64,000 bases of DNA from the human T2T-CHM13v2.0 reference genome, Homo sapiens, in NCBI RefSeq assembly GCF_009914755.1, contig NC_060938.1, one strand, 5' to 3'. Below the pieces are notes generated by a model that made no database searches, was not told where the DNA came from, and was given only the letters and a program-made list of their open reading frames with translations. The first letter of the stretch is position 1, and each line of letters opens with the position of its first letter. Of this stretch, positions 28,521 through 45,049 are shown in pieces. Both the position numbers and the translations under genes were made by a program.

Positions 28521-28579
28521 GGGGGGGTGTCCCAAGGACCTCCAGAAAACATTTTGCTCTAGAATATAGATTTTAAAAT

Positions 28580-28580
<1 letters not shown>

Positions 28581-28646
<66 letters not shown>
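28581..28646. repeat. compound (CA)11(TA)22 microsatellite
   Basis: direct reading. Confidence 0.95.
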
Positions 28647-28651
<5 letters not shown>

Positions 28652-28944
28652 GTCTCCAGAGAAATTTCTTAATAGCAAGCAGCCACCAAGTAAACATCTG
28701 GGGAAATTCATAGCGTTTGCTTCTTTCAGGGAATAAGAAGATTATTAAATAATTTCACACTGAAATTGAAAGGCAGTGGTCCTTGTATTACATCTGTTTA
28801 TTTAAAAATAAAATAAGAAACTTAACCACAACTTCACTCATTTTATCTTCTCATGATACTAAAGTAAGACATGAAAAGGTTTAATGAATCAATGAGGATC
28901 TCAAATTTAGAAAAGGGCTGATTTGGCCCTTTAGATATAAGATG

Positions 28945-29315
28945 TTTTAAGACTTTGGGCAGGACACTTAATCTCTTTGAACCTCAGTTTTTCTATCTCT
29001 AGAAATGAAAAAAAAAACATTGTCTTGTGTTGACTGTAAGGAATTGTCCTCTCTCTAAGGCAAGCTATGATTTTTTTGTTTAAAATGACCAGCTCAAGCC
29101 TAGGCATATCCTGACTAGTCTAGTCCTTATAGCTACACACATGGGTCCCAGTAATACCTGGCACTCGCTGTGCCTCTATTTCCTCATCTGTAAGATGAAA
29201 ATAGTGGTATTAATTATCACATAGAATTGTTATGAAGATTAAGTAAATTAATATGTGTAAAGATATTAGAACAGTTCCTGAAAAACCATGTAAGTGCTTC
29301 TTAAATAAACATTAG
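28945..29315 (+). mobile_element. MIR fragments
   Basis: ctttgggcaggacacttaatctctttgaacctcagttt; gcctctatttcctcatctgtaagatg...gttatgaagattaa. Confidence 0.7.
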
Positions 29316-29317
29316 TA

Positions 29318-29631
29318 CAGTCATAGTTCCATGTCCATGGATTCAACCATGTATCAAACATATTGGAGAAAAGAAATGGTTGGTTGTGTCTGAACATGTA
29401 GAGACTTCTTTTCTCATCATTATTTTATAAATGATACAGCATAACAAATATATACATAGCATTTACATTGTATTAGGTACTATAAGTAATATAAAAATGA
29501 CAACACTAGAGGAGGTACATAAGTAATATGCAAATGCTACACCATTTTATATCAGGGACTTGAGAATCTATGGATTTCTATAACCATGAGCAGATCTAGA
29601 ACAAATCTCCCATGGACACCGAGGGATAACT
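29318..29631 (-). mobile_element. MER2
   Basis: catggattcaacc...catagcatttacattgtattaggta...gggacttgag...ccatggacaccgagggataac. Confidence 0.9.
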
Positions 29632-30169
29632 ATATATTTTCCTAGTTTCTGGAGAAAGACCTATGTTTCATGAAGCTGGCAGAAGTTCTCAGAATCTTTC
29701 ATGGAACATGGACCAACATGTTTTCCAACACCAGCTCACTTGACTCTTTCTAGTTACTTTCCTGATGCTTGGTACCTACAGGTGTTTGAGTTTATGGTTT
29801 CTGCCTAAACTACTGCACTTCTCCAAAGACATTGCATTCTAACTGAGGGAGATGTGCTAATATGGCTCACATAAGAAAAATGAGACTCCTGTGATTTCAT
29901 AGATAGTTTCTACATATGGTGGACTTCCCTGTCCATAACTTTGCAGCTCATGGGCTGACAATCGCATAGATCGTGCTCACACCTATTTTGGCTTCCACTC
30001 TGCACAGGGAGTATAGATCATTAGCCCCCACCTACATGCTCATCAAGGTGGTAGGGAGGATACAGGTGGGAAGTGGTGAAGCAATAAAACACTAACAGAA
30101 AAACTATGAGTGGTTGTTAGATAGAACTTCCATTCTGATAAACCGGTTGAAAAATCATGATGACAACTC

Positions 30170-30630
30170 TTTTATAACACTTACCAGATAGTGGACTCCA
30201 TTCTGTGTTTTTCATTTGTTGATCTTACAACTCCACGAGGTAGGTGTTCTAATTATCCCTATTTTACAGATAAAGTCAATCAGAAATCTTAGCATAATGT
30301 GCCAAAATCACACTGCTGATCACCCTGATAAGCCAGGATTCAGGTCCAGAAATTCTGGTGCATGTGTGCACACACACACACACACACACACACAAAATAA
30401 GAGGTAAATTGGCTAAGTTGGAAATTGGTGTCGCCAACCTGGCTGGAACCCAGATACCCTTCTTATTGACTGTGTGCCTTGTGCAGGATACCTAATCTCT
30501 CTGAGTCTCAGTCTCTCCCTTTGTAGTGATTTAAAAAAAAAACTGTCTGACTTTTGATTCCAGTAAGAATTCAGATGATGTACATACAACACATAGTAAA
30601 TGCTCAAATGAATTTTTGCTATGACAATAA
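30170..30630. mobile_element. two oppositely oriented MIRs flanking a (CA)n repeat (30369-30394)
   Basis: atccctattttacagataa (minus); ctctctgagtctcagtctc...catagtaaatgctca (plus). Confidence 0.65.
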
Positions 30631-32798
30631 GAAGAAAAGTATTAATAAAAATAATAACTATTACGTAAGTTACATGTTTAAAGCAATGCTCAGCTCTTAG
30701 CTAGCTATCAATATATATTACTTTCACTACCTATTCAAGGGACATACTGAATATCACCATAACAGAAATGTTTCTAACCAGGATTATAGAATAACCTGAA
30801 GAAAACAGACCAAGCATCCCAAGGGGAGACAAACAGATGAGGATGCAAGAAAGGAATCACTTCCCCAGAGAGAATTTTTCCATGGTGTGATATGGAAATA
30901 AAGGAGCTAGCTATTCATGTTTAGCAGATGCAAGAAATTTTTCAGAATGATGCAATATTGGAGTCAATACCTCTAATCTCTCAACGGGTTTGCATTCTTT
31001 TTCAAACTGTTACATTCTGTTCAATTACTTTCTTTTCTTTCCAGGGTTGAGAAAATCTATTAAGATTTCACAGGGTTTGGAATGCCAATGCTGAAGACGG
31101 AAACCAAGCCAAGATAGCTGTCAAACCCCAAAGTGAATCTTTGCGATCCAATTAATAGCACAGTTGTTCCTCCATTCTGTTGGAATCCACTTATAACTAA
31201 TTTCATTATATTCTAAAGTCCTTTAGGAAATGGCCTTCATAGGTTAAATGCATTTTGGTGCTCTTTGCCCAGCTGCGTTCTTGGTGCCTGGCACAATGAC
31301 TTTTTCAAAGTACGTGTCAATAAATCATATTTATATTCACCAGGTGGAAAAGAGAGCCAAATACTCTCTTGGATAGAGTAGAAAATAAGTCAATCAGAGC
31401 TTAACAAAACACTAAATTTTAAAATTTGTTAAATTATATTAAAATGTAAAACATATTAAAATATATATTTTTTACAACATATCTTCTATTAGCTATTAAC
31501 ATTTAGAAATTAGAGACGAGGAAAAAGGACGAGTTGCTGAATTGTTCAGAAACTGTGTAAATAGAATGTGTTGAAGTTAGTATATAATTTTCTACCATCC
31601 GCCCCCACGGTGGAGTGGAAGCAGGTAATAATTTTTTGTGACGGAAAGATACGTTTAATGACCTGTTAGCATTTGGAAGCTGTATTCACCAAGGGTAGGA
31701 TGTTGGAGGTCATTTCAGAATTTTACCAATCAGGTACCCATACAGCTTTGCCAGATTCAGATTTTTCATATCAATTGATAAAATACTGCTTAAGAATCCC
31801 TTAGCTACACGACCGAATATTCACATTCAGTGATTGAGTCTGGCAGTCTGGCAGCAGCTGCATTCTCGACTTGATTTGGTGTTCTTTATATGCCTTCTTG
31901 AATTGAGATGGGTAATTTGCTCATTGATTCTCAGTCTTTCTTTCATTTTCTATTTTATGAAATTAAGTTTATACATTTATCTCTAAGCATAGCATTGGCT
32001 GCCTTTCATTTGATTTGGTATCTCTTTATCATTTGGTCCCTACCTATTTCCTAATTTCCATTATGAGTTCTTGTCGACCTATGTATAATTTAGAAGTATA
32101 TATCTTAATTTCCAAATATAAGTGAAATTTTCAATCATCTTTTTGTTTCTTATTTTACCTTAACACTGTGATCAGAGAACATACTTTGTATAATTTCAAC
32201 TCTGTGAAATTCATTACAACATGCTCAGGTCCAAGTATATCGTCAATTTTGTAAATGTTCTATTTGTATTTAGAAAGAATATGTATTCTGCTTTCATTGA
32301 GGTCTGTATATGGCAAACATATTTATGCCAATCAGGTAAAATTCGATAATTATAACATTGAACTCTTCTTTATCCTTAATTATTTTTGCTTGCTTATTCT
32401 ATCAATAACTGAATTTTCTCCCACAGTGATTGTGGATTTGACTTTTTTCTGTTATTTATTTTAGGTCTGTCAGTTTTTGCTTTAACCATTTTAAGGTTGT
32501 TATATCTATACAAATTTAAATTTGCTAGGTGTTCTGGGTAGATTGAATTTTTATGATCATAAAGTTTCATTCACTAACCCTAATAATGCTTTCTTTAGAA
32601 ATAATGTCATAAACTACTTTAATATTAATATAGCTACATTTTTTGTTAATGTGTACGTGGCATATATTTTTTCATTTACCCTTAAGTTTTTATAATTAAT
32701 ATTTTAAATATATGTTTTTTAAAGAGTATGTTAATAAGTTTTTCTGTCTTAATTTGGTTTTATGTATGACAATCTGAAATACTTTAAGTTCTGTATAA

Positions 32799-33171
<373 letters not shown>

Positions 33172-34182
33172 TCCTTCCTTTTTTATCTTCTCTAGAATTA
33201 ATTGTATGGATAATGATGATTATAAAGATGATGACGACTCGATTCCTCACATATATTAAATTGACAGTTTTATATCCATGTGCCATTACTTTAGAAGTTA
33301 CTCTAGTGATTACACTGCATCCTTGTCTTCTCAAGAATAAATATTACTTGCTCCTTTTACTTCCTTTCCTAACAGTAAAAGCCTTGTAGATCCCATAACT
33401 TTGTGTTCTATTTCACTTTGAATTTTAATACTTCATATTTTGTAAACTTCACATTATTGTTTTATATAGCAATATTTCTTAAAATTTTAAACCTGTTTAG
33501 CTTTTTCTATTGCCGTTTATTGTCTCCTGTATCTCTGACTTTCTATTTGGGATGATATTCATTCTGCCTAGAGCACCTCCTTAATAATTCTTTCAGTGCA
33601 GATCTGCTGATTTCCAATCCTTCTGGTTTTTTACTGTGTGAAATGTCTCCATTTTACCTTTATTCTCAAATTATATTTATGCTGGGTATAGATGAATACA
33701 TTGTTATTTCTTTTCATCACTTTCAAGATATCTCATTTTTTCTAGTTTGCACTAATTCTTTCTGAACATCAGCTGACAGTCCAACTGTTCTTTGAACACA
33801 TTATGTTATTTTTTTCCCTGAACGCTTTCAATACTTTTCTCTTTGGCTTTTGTTTTTAGCAGTTTTACTAGCTATGTCAAGTGTAGTTTTCTTTTCATTT
33901 ATACCATTTGGGTTTCATAGGCCTTCTTGAATCTGAAGGTGAATCTTTCCTAGTTCCCAGTGATCATCACTTCAGACATTTTGCTGCTGTTTTCTTTCTT
34001 ACGTTTACTTCTGAACATGAGCTACGCGCGTCGAGCCTTCTTGTATGTCCTCTATTTTTTATGCACTCTCGTATCTTTCCCTTTCTTTAAAATCTCCATG
34101 TTTCATTCTGCAAATTTTCCTTATGATCTATTTTCTTTTCTTTTTATCTATGTTAAATCCACTTTAAAATATATCTTGTATT

Positions 34183-34403
34183 TAGGTTCCTAGAGTTAGC
34201 AGATAAAAGTAAAAAATTCCAAGTTGTTTTAATTTCAGATAATATATACATTTCAATATACATATGTTCAAAATATTGCATGGAGAAAATTTTTTAGTTC
34301 AAGCATATCCCGAGTAATACATAGGTCATTCTAAAATAGTAAGTTGGTGTTTTTCTGAAAATCAGATTTTACTTGGTGTTCTAAATTTTGTCTAGTAACA
34401 CTA
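34183..34403. mobile_element. MER53 (palindromic hAT MITE)
   Basis: taggttcc...ttagcagataaaa...aatttcagata...aatattgcatgg...ctgaaaatcagattttactt...tctagtaacacta. Confidence 0.75.
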
Positions 34404-34566
34404 CATATACCTGTTCTTAATTTTTGATTATTTTATTTTTAATTTTCAGAATTTACATTCATTTCTTTTCTATGTTTGTTAGCTTTCAGCCAAAATTTTC
34501 AGCTTGTCGTCTATATCCTTAATCATATTTTTGTTTTATTTGGACTCCTTGTATATCTATTCATAG

Positions 34567-34908
<342 letters not shown>

Positions 34909-35487
34909 TGAATACTTTCTTATTCATTTTTTGTCACTTTAAAATTTTACTTTATTCTTATTGATAAAAGATCTCTCAACTTTAGTTTTTGACATATCAC
35001 TCTTATAAATGCATAAAAATTACAATTGTACTAAAACAAATTGGTTGAAATAAATCTTTCTATGACAATGCAAACTACATCACTTCAGGCTGTCTTGATT
35101 TGAAAACTGTTAATGTGTGATGTGTGAAAAATATTAAAAAATAAATACCTATGAATTGGCCACAATGTTTATGAGACAGAACAATTCCTAACACTGTTGA
35201 AGCTCTTGTGTCTACTTCCTGGATGATATCACCCTCCTTTTCATCATAGAGATACTTGTTTATCTCTAATTTTGCCAAGTATTTTCATTAAATAATTTGT
35301 TTAGTCTTGTTTTTGAAATATTATGTAAATCAAATTATGGAACAATTTCTGTGACTATTTTTTACTCAACTGTATGTGAGATTTTTCCACATCAATGTTT
35401 ATGACTGTCACTGTTGTATAATATCTGTCTATCCACCTTTCTATCTACCTACCTATCTACCATATGTATGATAACTTATGATGTATA

Positions 35488-35990
35488 TAGTAGTCCCCAT
35501 TTATCTATGGGGATACATTCCAAGGCCTCCCAGTGGATGATGAAACCACAGATAGTACCAAACCCTATGTATACTATGTGGTTTTTTTTCCCCGCACATA
35601 CATGCCCATAATTAAATTTAATTTGTAAATTGGGCATGGTAAGAGATTAACAGCAATACCCAATAATAAAATAGAACTATTATGACAATATGCCAGCATC
35701 ACTACTCTTGAACTTTCAGGCCATTATTAAGTAAAATAAGGGTTACTCAAACACAAACACTGCAATACCATGACAGTCGATTTGATGAACAACACGGTTA
35801 CCAAGTTTAAATGAGTGGGGAGTATCAACAGTGAGGGTACACTAGACTAAGAGATGATTCATATTCCTAGCCAGTATGGAGCAGATAAAAAACTTATCAG
35901 TTGTTTATTTCTGGAGTTTTTCATTTAATACTTTTGAACCATGATTGGCTGTGTGTGCCTGAAACCATGAACAGAGAGGCCTTTGATAAC
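35488..35990 (+). mobile_element. MER44 (Tigger7-derived)
   Basis: agtagtccccatttatctatggggatacattccaag...cagatagtaccaaaccctat...ccattattaagtaaaataagggttac. Confidence 0.88.
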
Positions 35991-35994
35991 TTAA

Positions 35995-36142
35995 AATATA
36001 TAATATATATACGCATGTATATATATATGTGTATGTGTGTGTATACAACATGCGTATATATGTACATGTGTATAAAACACATACATATATATGTACATTT
36101 GTATAAAACACATACATATATATGTACATGTGTATATATATG
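35995..36142. repeat. (TA/TG/CA)n purine-pyrimidine low-complexity repeat
   Basis: direct reading. Confidence 0.85.
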
Positions 36143-36707
36143 TTATCAATTCTCCAGTTGATAAATTGATGGACATTTGAGACTATTTCCAGTGTTTTAT
36201 TCTTATAAATTATTTTCATACAAATATTCTCATAGTTGCCTCTGAGAACACATGTTAGACTTTCTCCAGCATATATACCTAGAAGTGGAGTTGCTAAGTC
36301 TAGATGAGAGCTCTTCCTATTCTGATTACCCAAAAATGCTGCTTTACCCATCTTCCCTCCCTTGAATATCTTGAGAGAGCATGAGTTCTGTTATTGCTTG
36401 TTTATGGAACAGACTATGTCTAGGTTCTCTCAAAAAGAAATAGAAGAGGAAAGGATGATGGTAGTGCTTCTCAGCCCACCCAGAATGTGACTTCTGGTCA
36501 TAGCTTGTAGAACCCATGACTGACGTGTTAAGAAAATGCTACTGGCTCAGTTGAAGATGAATGTGAGGTTGGTCTCTGCTGACTCTAGACTGGAGTCTCC
36601 AAGTACAGCCTGGTTGATGTGACAGAATCCATGATGGAGTCTATACTACCCATGAAACATGTAAATTCAGAAAGAAGATTTTTTTATTTAAAAGTAGGAG
36701 GACTAAA

Positions 36708-38946
<2,239 letters not shown>

Positions 38947-40039
38947 GATTGTATGGCACTGCTTACCAACCAGTCAATCATTTGTGTGACTATCTAAGAG
39001 ACTATCTAAGTGCCTGGATCCAGAAAACAAAAATACAGAAGCCATTCCAAACAAGTTATTCACAAAGCCTGACATCCCTGTTCATTGCCCTTCTTCTTCT
39101 TAGCCAGAAGCTGCTCTTCTCTTTCTGGGGTCTTTATCTTGGCCTAAATAAGAACATCACCTTCCTGCTCAAAAGCAGTATCACTCACCCCACTGAGGGC
39201 TGGCCCTGTTGGGTTTTTAAAATTACTATTATTGTTATTATTATTATTAAATGTTGGACACTGAAAAATTATGGAGATAATTCAAGGCTCTTGATGTTAT
39301 AATAGCTCAAAGATGATTGAACTTTGATTCTGACAAGTGGTCAGGCTAAGTCAGCCTCAGTCCTTGCAAATGTTCTGCATCTCCTTTCATCTACCCTTAC
39401 TTCTATGATGTAGCCTCAGCTCAAAGTAGAGGCCATTTATCAGATTCCTTCCACCATTAGTGGGCCCTGAATACTAATGCTTTTTCCCACCTTTCCCTGT
39501 GAGACTTCCAATGCAACTTCTCAGCTTTTTCACCTGTAAGGCAACTTTTCCAGGGTAAGCAAATGCCACCAGAGGAAGAGTTCTCCAAATCCTCCTCTCC
39601 TCTCACTGTCCAACCTTCTCTTCAATCTTGATTGAAGTCACCACCACCTTGATTTTCTTTATTGGTGGCAAGCATTTGCTTATCTTAGAAAAATTAAGTA
39701 ATTTAATCATCCAGTTTATAAGTGGGAGAACTAATGTTAGAACTAAGATCTGCCTGAGTCCAAAGCCTATGTTTTTTTACCGTCACACTACAATACCTAA
39801 GGGGTAAGGTGAAGGCACCAGAAAAATGTGTCCAGCTATAATCAAGAGCTCCGGACAAAGTTTTAGGCCTATAGATCTCCTTAAAGCACTATATTAAAAA
39901 CAACTTTTCTAAAAAGCAAGCTGTACCCCTCAGTATGGTTTAAGTAGAGAAAATGTCAGTGATTATCTTTGCAGAGTGACTATTCTACATCTGTAGTTTA
40001 TCTATGGATGATGGAGAACAAACTGTTATTGCTAACAAT

Positions 40040-40400
40040 TCCACAAAGATGGCTTAAATTCAACTTGAACAGCAACCTTCTGTTGAGTATTAAAAGGGTG
40101 TTCAGGACAACAGTGACAAAAGCGAGACTGGTATAAAGGTAATAAACATCATGAATAATAATCACACTCAAATCCTTGTCATCTTCAATACATTGGAGAA
40201 ATGGATATGGAGAAGAGCTAACAAAATACCAGGAAAAACAGAACTAGTTGATAATGTAAGTGAATCAAATGAACAGTCAACAACAAAAGTCATGTCTAAT
40301 GCCCCACTGGCTTTACATGAACAAAAGAAAATTATCATGTTGAAAAATTGGGTCCAGAGGTAATGTGCATTGTTATTGGATATATTATTGAATTCATGAA
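40040..40400 (+). mobile_element. possible R4/Dong-type LINE relic (Mam_R4-like)
   Basis: frameshifted motifs resembling WLK...VQDN.V..RWY and a decayed CCHC knuckle. Confidence 0.4.
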
Positions 40401-41358
40401 AAATGAAATCCTTCTCAAACACACATAGAAAAATTGATAAATGTACATTTGCGAAAAAGAAAAGCATTAAATCAACGAAGGGAACTGATATTCAATTTCC
40501 AAAATTTTTTCCTAAACAATGAAAATTAAACAAGAAAAAGTTTAAAGTAGAATAAGGAAAGAAGACTTGGCATGAACTCTTAAGCTTTTCTCAAAACCTT
40601 GCTGCTCTGAGAACCAGCCTCACAGCTCTACATCGTTTTAAATACTTATTTTTAAAAATTACGAAGCACAATGTCTTAAATTTTCAGTTAAATATAAACT
40701 GAATGAATGTAAAATTGTATCAAAACAAGATTCCTCTATAAAGACCAGAACTCTTTCTTTCTGTGCTGCAGAAGACTAAAAACAGAAAAAAAAAATCAAA
40801 AGAATTTGCAAAGTGAAACCATCAGTAAAGCATTTTTCATACATTTGTTGTGGTATTTACTTGGCATTTTAAACATTTTCTCTTGGTGTGACATACTCAT
40901 TTTGCACATATGGGTTATTTTATTATTAACACATAATAGAATAGTTAAGACAGGCAATAAAATAGCATTTCATGCATAAGCATGTGAACATTAATCTAGC
41001 CTTTCAAATAAATCTATGCTTGTGCTACAAATTCTTCTCCCACCTTCTAATTCCCATCCCTGCACTTGATGTTGACTTTAAGTTTTGTCCTATATTTTTA
41101 CAGACTCAAATAAAAATAAAAATTACTCTATTTCTCCCAAGCTGCAAAAACCTATTTTATCTATTGGGCTACTCTTAGGCAAAAGCATATTCATTTATTT
41201 ACAATTATTTTTAAAAATCAGTGGTCTTGAATATAATTTTATAAAGCAGTACCTTCATTCTCTAAGTACTCTGAATGACCTTATCAATTTTTATTCATTT
41301 AGACTTCAACGTCTGCATCATTATATATTTGATAGATTTGAATGTTATCAAAAGTTAG

Positions 41359-41686
41359 TGTTGCAGGTCTTTCCCTTAGTTTAGCTAGAGACGGGGTCCT
41401 TGTCCATCCCATAGCCACAAAAATTGAGGCTTACAGATGGCTCGAAGGATGCGTAAAGCTGTGTTTTATTGGGTGAAAAGAATAAAAGGGGGAAGAGGGT
41501 CTCTCCGGAAAGCCAGAGTTCCGGTTGGTGTGCTTCCTGCCTCGCCCTTTGAATCCCAGGTTCCACACAGGAAGAGGAGGGGCCAGGCTCCTCCCCTCTG
41601 CAAACCAGACCGACTTATGTGTCTCCACCCCAGTGCGCAGGCAGGTTGGAGTTTTGCCAGGGCCCCCCTCCCACCTGGCTGTCTCA
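41359..41686 (-). mobile_element. MER61-like ERV1 solo LTR
   Basis: reverse complement starts TGAGACAGCCAGGTGGGAGGGG; perfect TSD ttag. Confidence 0.9.
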
Positions 41687-41999
41687 TTAGCATTTGTCAA
41701 AAAAAGATTTCTTCCACATTTTTGCCCTATTACTATAAAAGCTTACTTTTGTTTTCCCTTTTCACTAATGGTTTGTCTGTGGAAGACCATCATTTGAGAA
41801 CACCTGGGGAAAAAAGACAAGGTCAACTAAGTCAACAATTAAGGCATGAATATATTAACTGAGAAATATTTCTCAGATTACTTACAACATTTAAAAGGAT
41901 GATTAAGAGAATAAGTCTCAGAGCTTGCAGGTTGTAATTGCCCTGTAAATACTGGGACCTGGGACTTAACGTTTTGTTCCAGGATTGAAATGGTGAACT

Positions 42000-43250
42000 T
42001 GTACCTGTTGTTATCCTGCTTAAAATTGCCTTCAGGCATCTCAAAATTTATTAAGTTCAAGTTCTTTCACATGGCATAAAGACCCTCCAAGATATGGTTC
42101 AACCCACTGCATTCCCTATCAATTTGTATGTCAGCATTAAGCAACTTAACACTTTAGTAATATACTGTTTGTTGTTTTCTTCATAGTTTGATCCATGCCT
42201 CCCACTCTGCTCTCTGTATTCTCTGCCTGAAGAATTCTTCTCTCTTTCACTTTTCGGAAAGACTTGCTTGTCCCATCGATGCTGGATTATGTATCCTTTT
42301 ATACATTTCCATAGCTTTTAATGAATATTTCTGTCCTGGAAATTACTATATTTTATTATAGTCACTTGTTTATTTGGTTTCCTCCCCAAAAATTATGAGC
42401 ATGCTGAGAAAAGAGGCATTCCTTTCTGCCCTGTATCCCTTTGAGGGATAGTTTACAATTGTAAGGAGGTGGTATTCTAGGCTGGTATTGGCAAAATTCA
42501 AAGACAGAAGTGAAGGGGAAGATAGCATTTTGATTAGAAAGCAGGGAATATGTGACTCTAAGTCTGTTCAAAATATATATTGTACCCTATATCTTGCTTG
42601 GCAAGATGCTATGCTACTTACTAGCAATAACAGAGACAAAGTCTTGCCCTTAGGAAGCTGTAACTCTTAGAAGGAAACACTAATAAACAAAGCTGAAAAG
42701 GCAGGATAGGAACAAGCTGGCAAAGAGCCAGAAGGGTTAAGCAGTAAAGTGAAAAACTGAGATTCATTTTGTTGTTGTAACTGTGGAAAGGATGTACCGA
42801 AGTGAAAATAATATTTGAGCTAAGGTAATTCTAATGAAAGCACATGTAATAGATTATGAAAAACAAATAATTCAAGTGTTAAAGTATGAGCTTATTTGAT
42901 GTGTTAAGAATAGAAGAAAAGAGATAATTCTAAAACATATTTTACAAGAAGAACATTTAAAGGAAATGCCAAAAGAGAAGCAACTTTAAAAATTTTGTTC
43001 TCGACAAGTAATTGTAATCTCATGGGCAGTGAAATGATAGTTATTGAGAGAAGAAGAGCAGAGGAGACATGAATTCATTTTAGGACATCCAAGGTATTGT
43101 TTGGTGTGTACAAACAAAATTAAATGTTTCTGAAAAGAAGAAAATTTAAGTAAAATGTCTAAGTGGGTATAGAGAGAAGAGTAGAGGATAATTGAAAGGT
43201 TGTCTTAGGGGGTTGGGGAGCTTATATGTGAGAAAAAAGTAAAGATGAAT
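42000..43250. mobile_element. L2 relics (plus ~42000-42460; minus ~42550-43250)
   Basis: catggcataaagaccctcc...ctctgcctgaaga; acaaagtcttgcccttaggaagct. Confidence 0.5.
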
Positions 43251-43299
43251 TTTTAAAATGGGAAACAGAGGAGATGAGAGAAAAATAACAAGTCTAGCA

Positions 43300-43925
43300 C
43301 ATTATAACTTAGTTGAACTGACAGTTCCAATGTTTCCTGGTCTCTACACATCTCTCTATGTTTTTGGTGGTGTCCTTTACTCTGACCCTGGGTTGAGCCA
43401 TATGACTTGCTCTGGCCAATGGGATAACAAAAAATTTCACACAACACAGGCTTGAACAAGCACTGTGTTTGCACCTTCCTTCTTGCTCCTCAGCCAAGCA
43501 TGCTCTAAGATGAGATAAGTGGAGCAGAACCAAGCAGCTCAGATGTTCCAGTCACCATTCAAACATGTGAGAGAGTCCAGCCAGAGTCAGCAAAGAAAAC
43601 TAAATATTAAAAGAAATTTAAATATTCAATTTTACTAAATTCAATATTTAATAATATCAAATTAATATAATATAAAAATATCAAATTTGATATTAAATAA
43701 TATTTAATATCAAAATAAAAGATTAAAGAAAATTAAATATTGTTAATTAAGTTGCAGCTGACTTCAGGAGTCTAAGTGAGAGTGGGACCACAGAGCCCAG
43801 CTCAGGTCAGCAGAAATGGCCAATCTTCAGACCTATGAACCAAAATCCATATTTATGATTGCATGTTATGAGGTTTTGTGATTATTTGCTACACAGCAAT
43901 ATTCTGGCTATAATTTACTGATATA
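43300..43925 (+). mobile_element. old MLT1 (MLT1G-like) LTR with AT-rich palindromic insert
   Basis: gccatatgacttgctctggccaatggga...acatgtgagagagtccagcc...ttgctacacagcaa...actgatata. Confidence 0.7.
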
Positions 43926-43966
43926 AGCATCATGGATGCCAAAGAAGATATTTCTATAGAGGCATA

Positions 43967-44402
43967 TATTATGAGTTGAATTGTGTACCCCCAAAAAATA
44001 TGTTGAAGTTCTAATACCAGTACCTGGAATGTGACCTTACTTAAAAATAGGACCTTTGTAGATGTAATCAAGTTAACATGAAGCCATTAGAGTGGGCCTT
44101 AATCCATTATGATTGGTGTCCTGATAGGAAGAGGAGAGGAGACACAGGAAAGAACACCTTGTGAAGATTAAGGTAAAGAATGTCGTGATGCATCTACAAA
44201 CCAAGGGTTGGAAAGAACTACCCACAACCACCAGGAGCTAGGAGAGAAGCATTCAACAGATACTCCCTCAGACTCCAATAGGAACCAACCCTATTGACTC
44301 TTAGTCCGGACTTCTAGCCTCTGGAAGAGTAACGGAACAAATTTTTGTTGTCTTCACGCAGTTTGTGTTCATGTGTTATGGCAGCCCTAGGAAACTAATA
44401 TA
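43967..44402 (+). mobile_element. MLT1C-like solo LTR
   Basis: tattatgagttgaattgtgtacccc...gatgtaatcaagttaa...ggcagccctaggaaactaata; TSD gcata/acata. Confidence 0.9.
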
Positions 44403-44417
44403 ACATATGCTCAGTGA

Positions 44418-44753
<336 letters not shown>

Positions 44754-44787
44754 GGGAATTCTTATACATTATCCTAAAGAAAAAAAA

Positions 44788-44790
<3 letters not shown>

Positions 44791-44823
<33 letters not shown>
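44791..44823. repeat. (TA)16 microsatellite
   Basis: direct reading. Confidence 0.95.
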
Positions 44824-44825
<2 letters not shown>

Positions 44826-45049
44826 TACCTGACATTATCAGGAAGGACTCTAATCTCTATAACAAAGAATATATATGTATCATTTCTTCTTTGAAAATTC
44901 AAATTATGCTAAGAAATGAGATATAACCAGAAATTTCTACTCATATTTTCCCTTATTTTTAATATCCCCAAATCCATCTACCTTGATTCTATTTTATTGA
45001 GGTTCTCTTCTTTTGCATACAAATCTTACCTCAAAGTCTGAGCTATAAG

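Larger units (their letters stand above)
35120..36340 (-). mobile_element. old L1ME-like 3' fragment, split by MER44 and a TA-rich repeat
   Basis: gatggacatttg...atttccagt...atatacctagaagtggagttgct. Confidence 0.55.

Noticed and set aside
31596-31615. CTCF-like CCACCGTGGGGGCGG (minus strand)
   Set aside because: Has one extra base relative to the CTCF core spacing; better read as a GC box.
35901-36351. Y/I/H/T-rich ORFs
   Set aside because: Translation of TA/TG/CA low-complexity repeat.
41431-41862. cluster of overlapping ORFs
   Set aside because: Explained by the GC-rich MER61 LTR.
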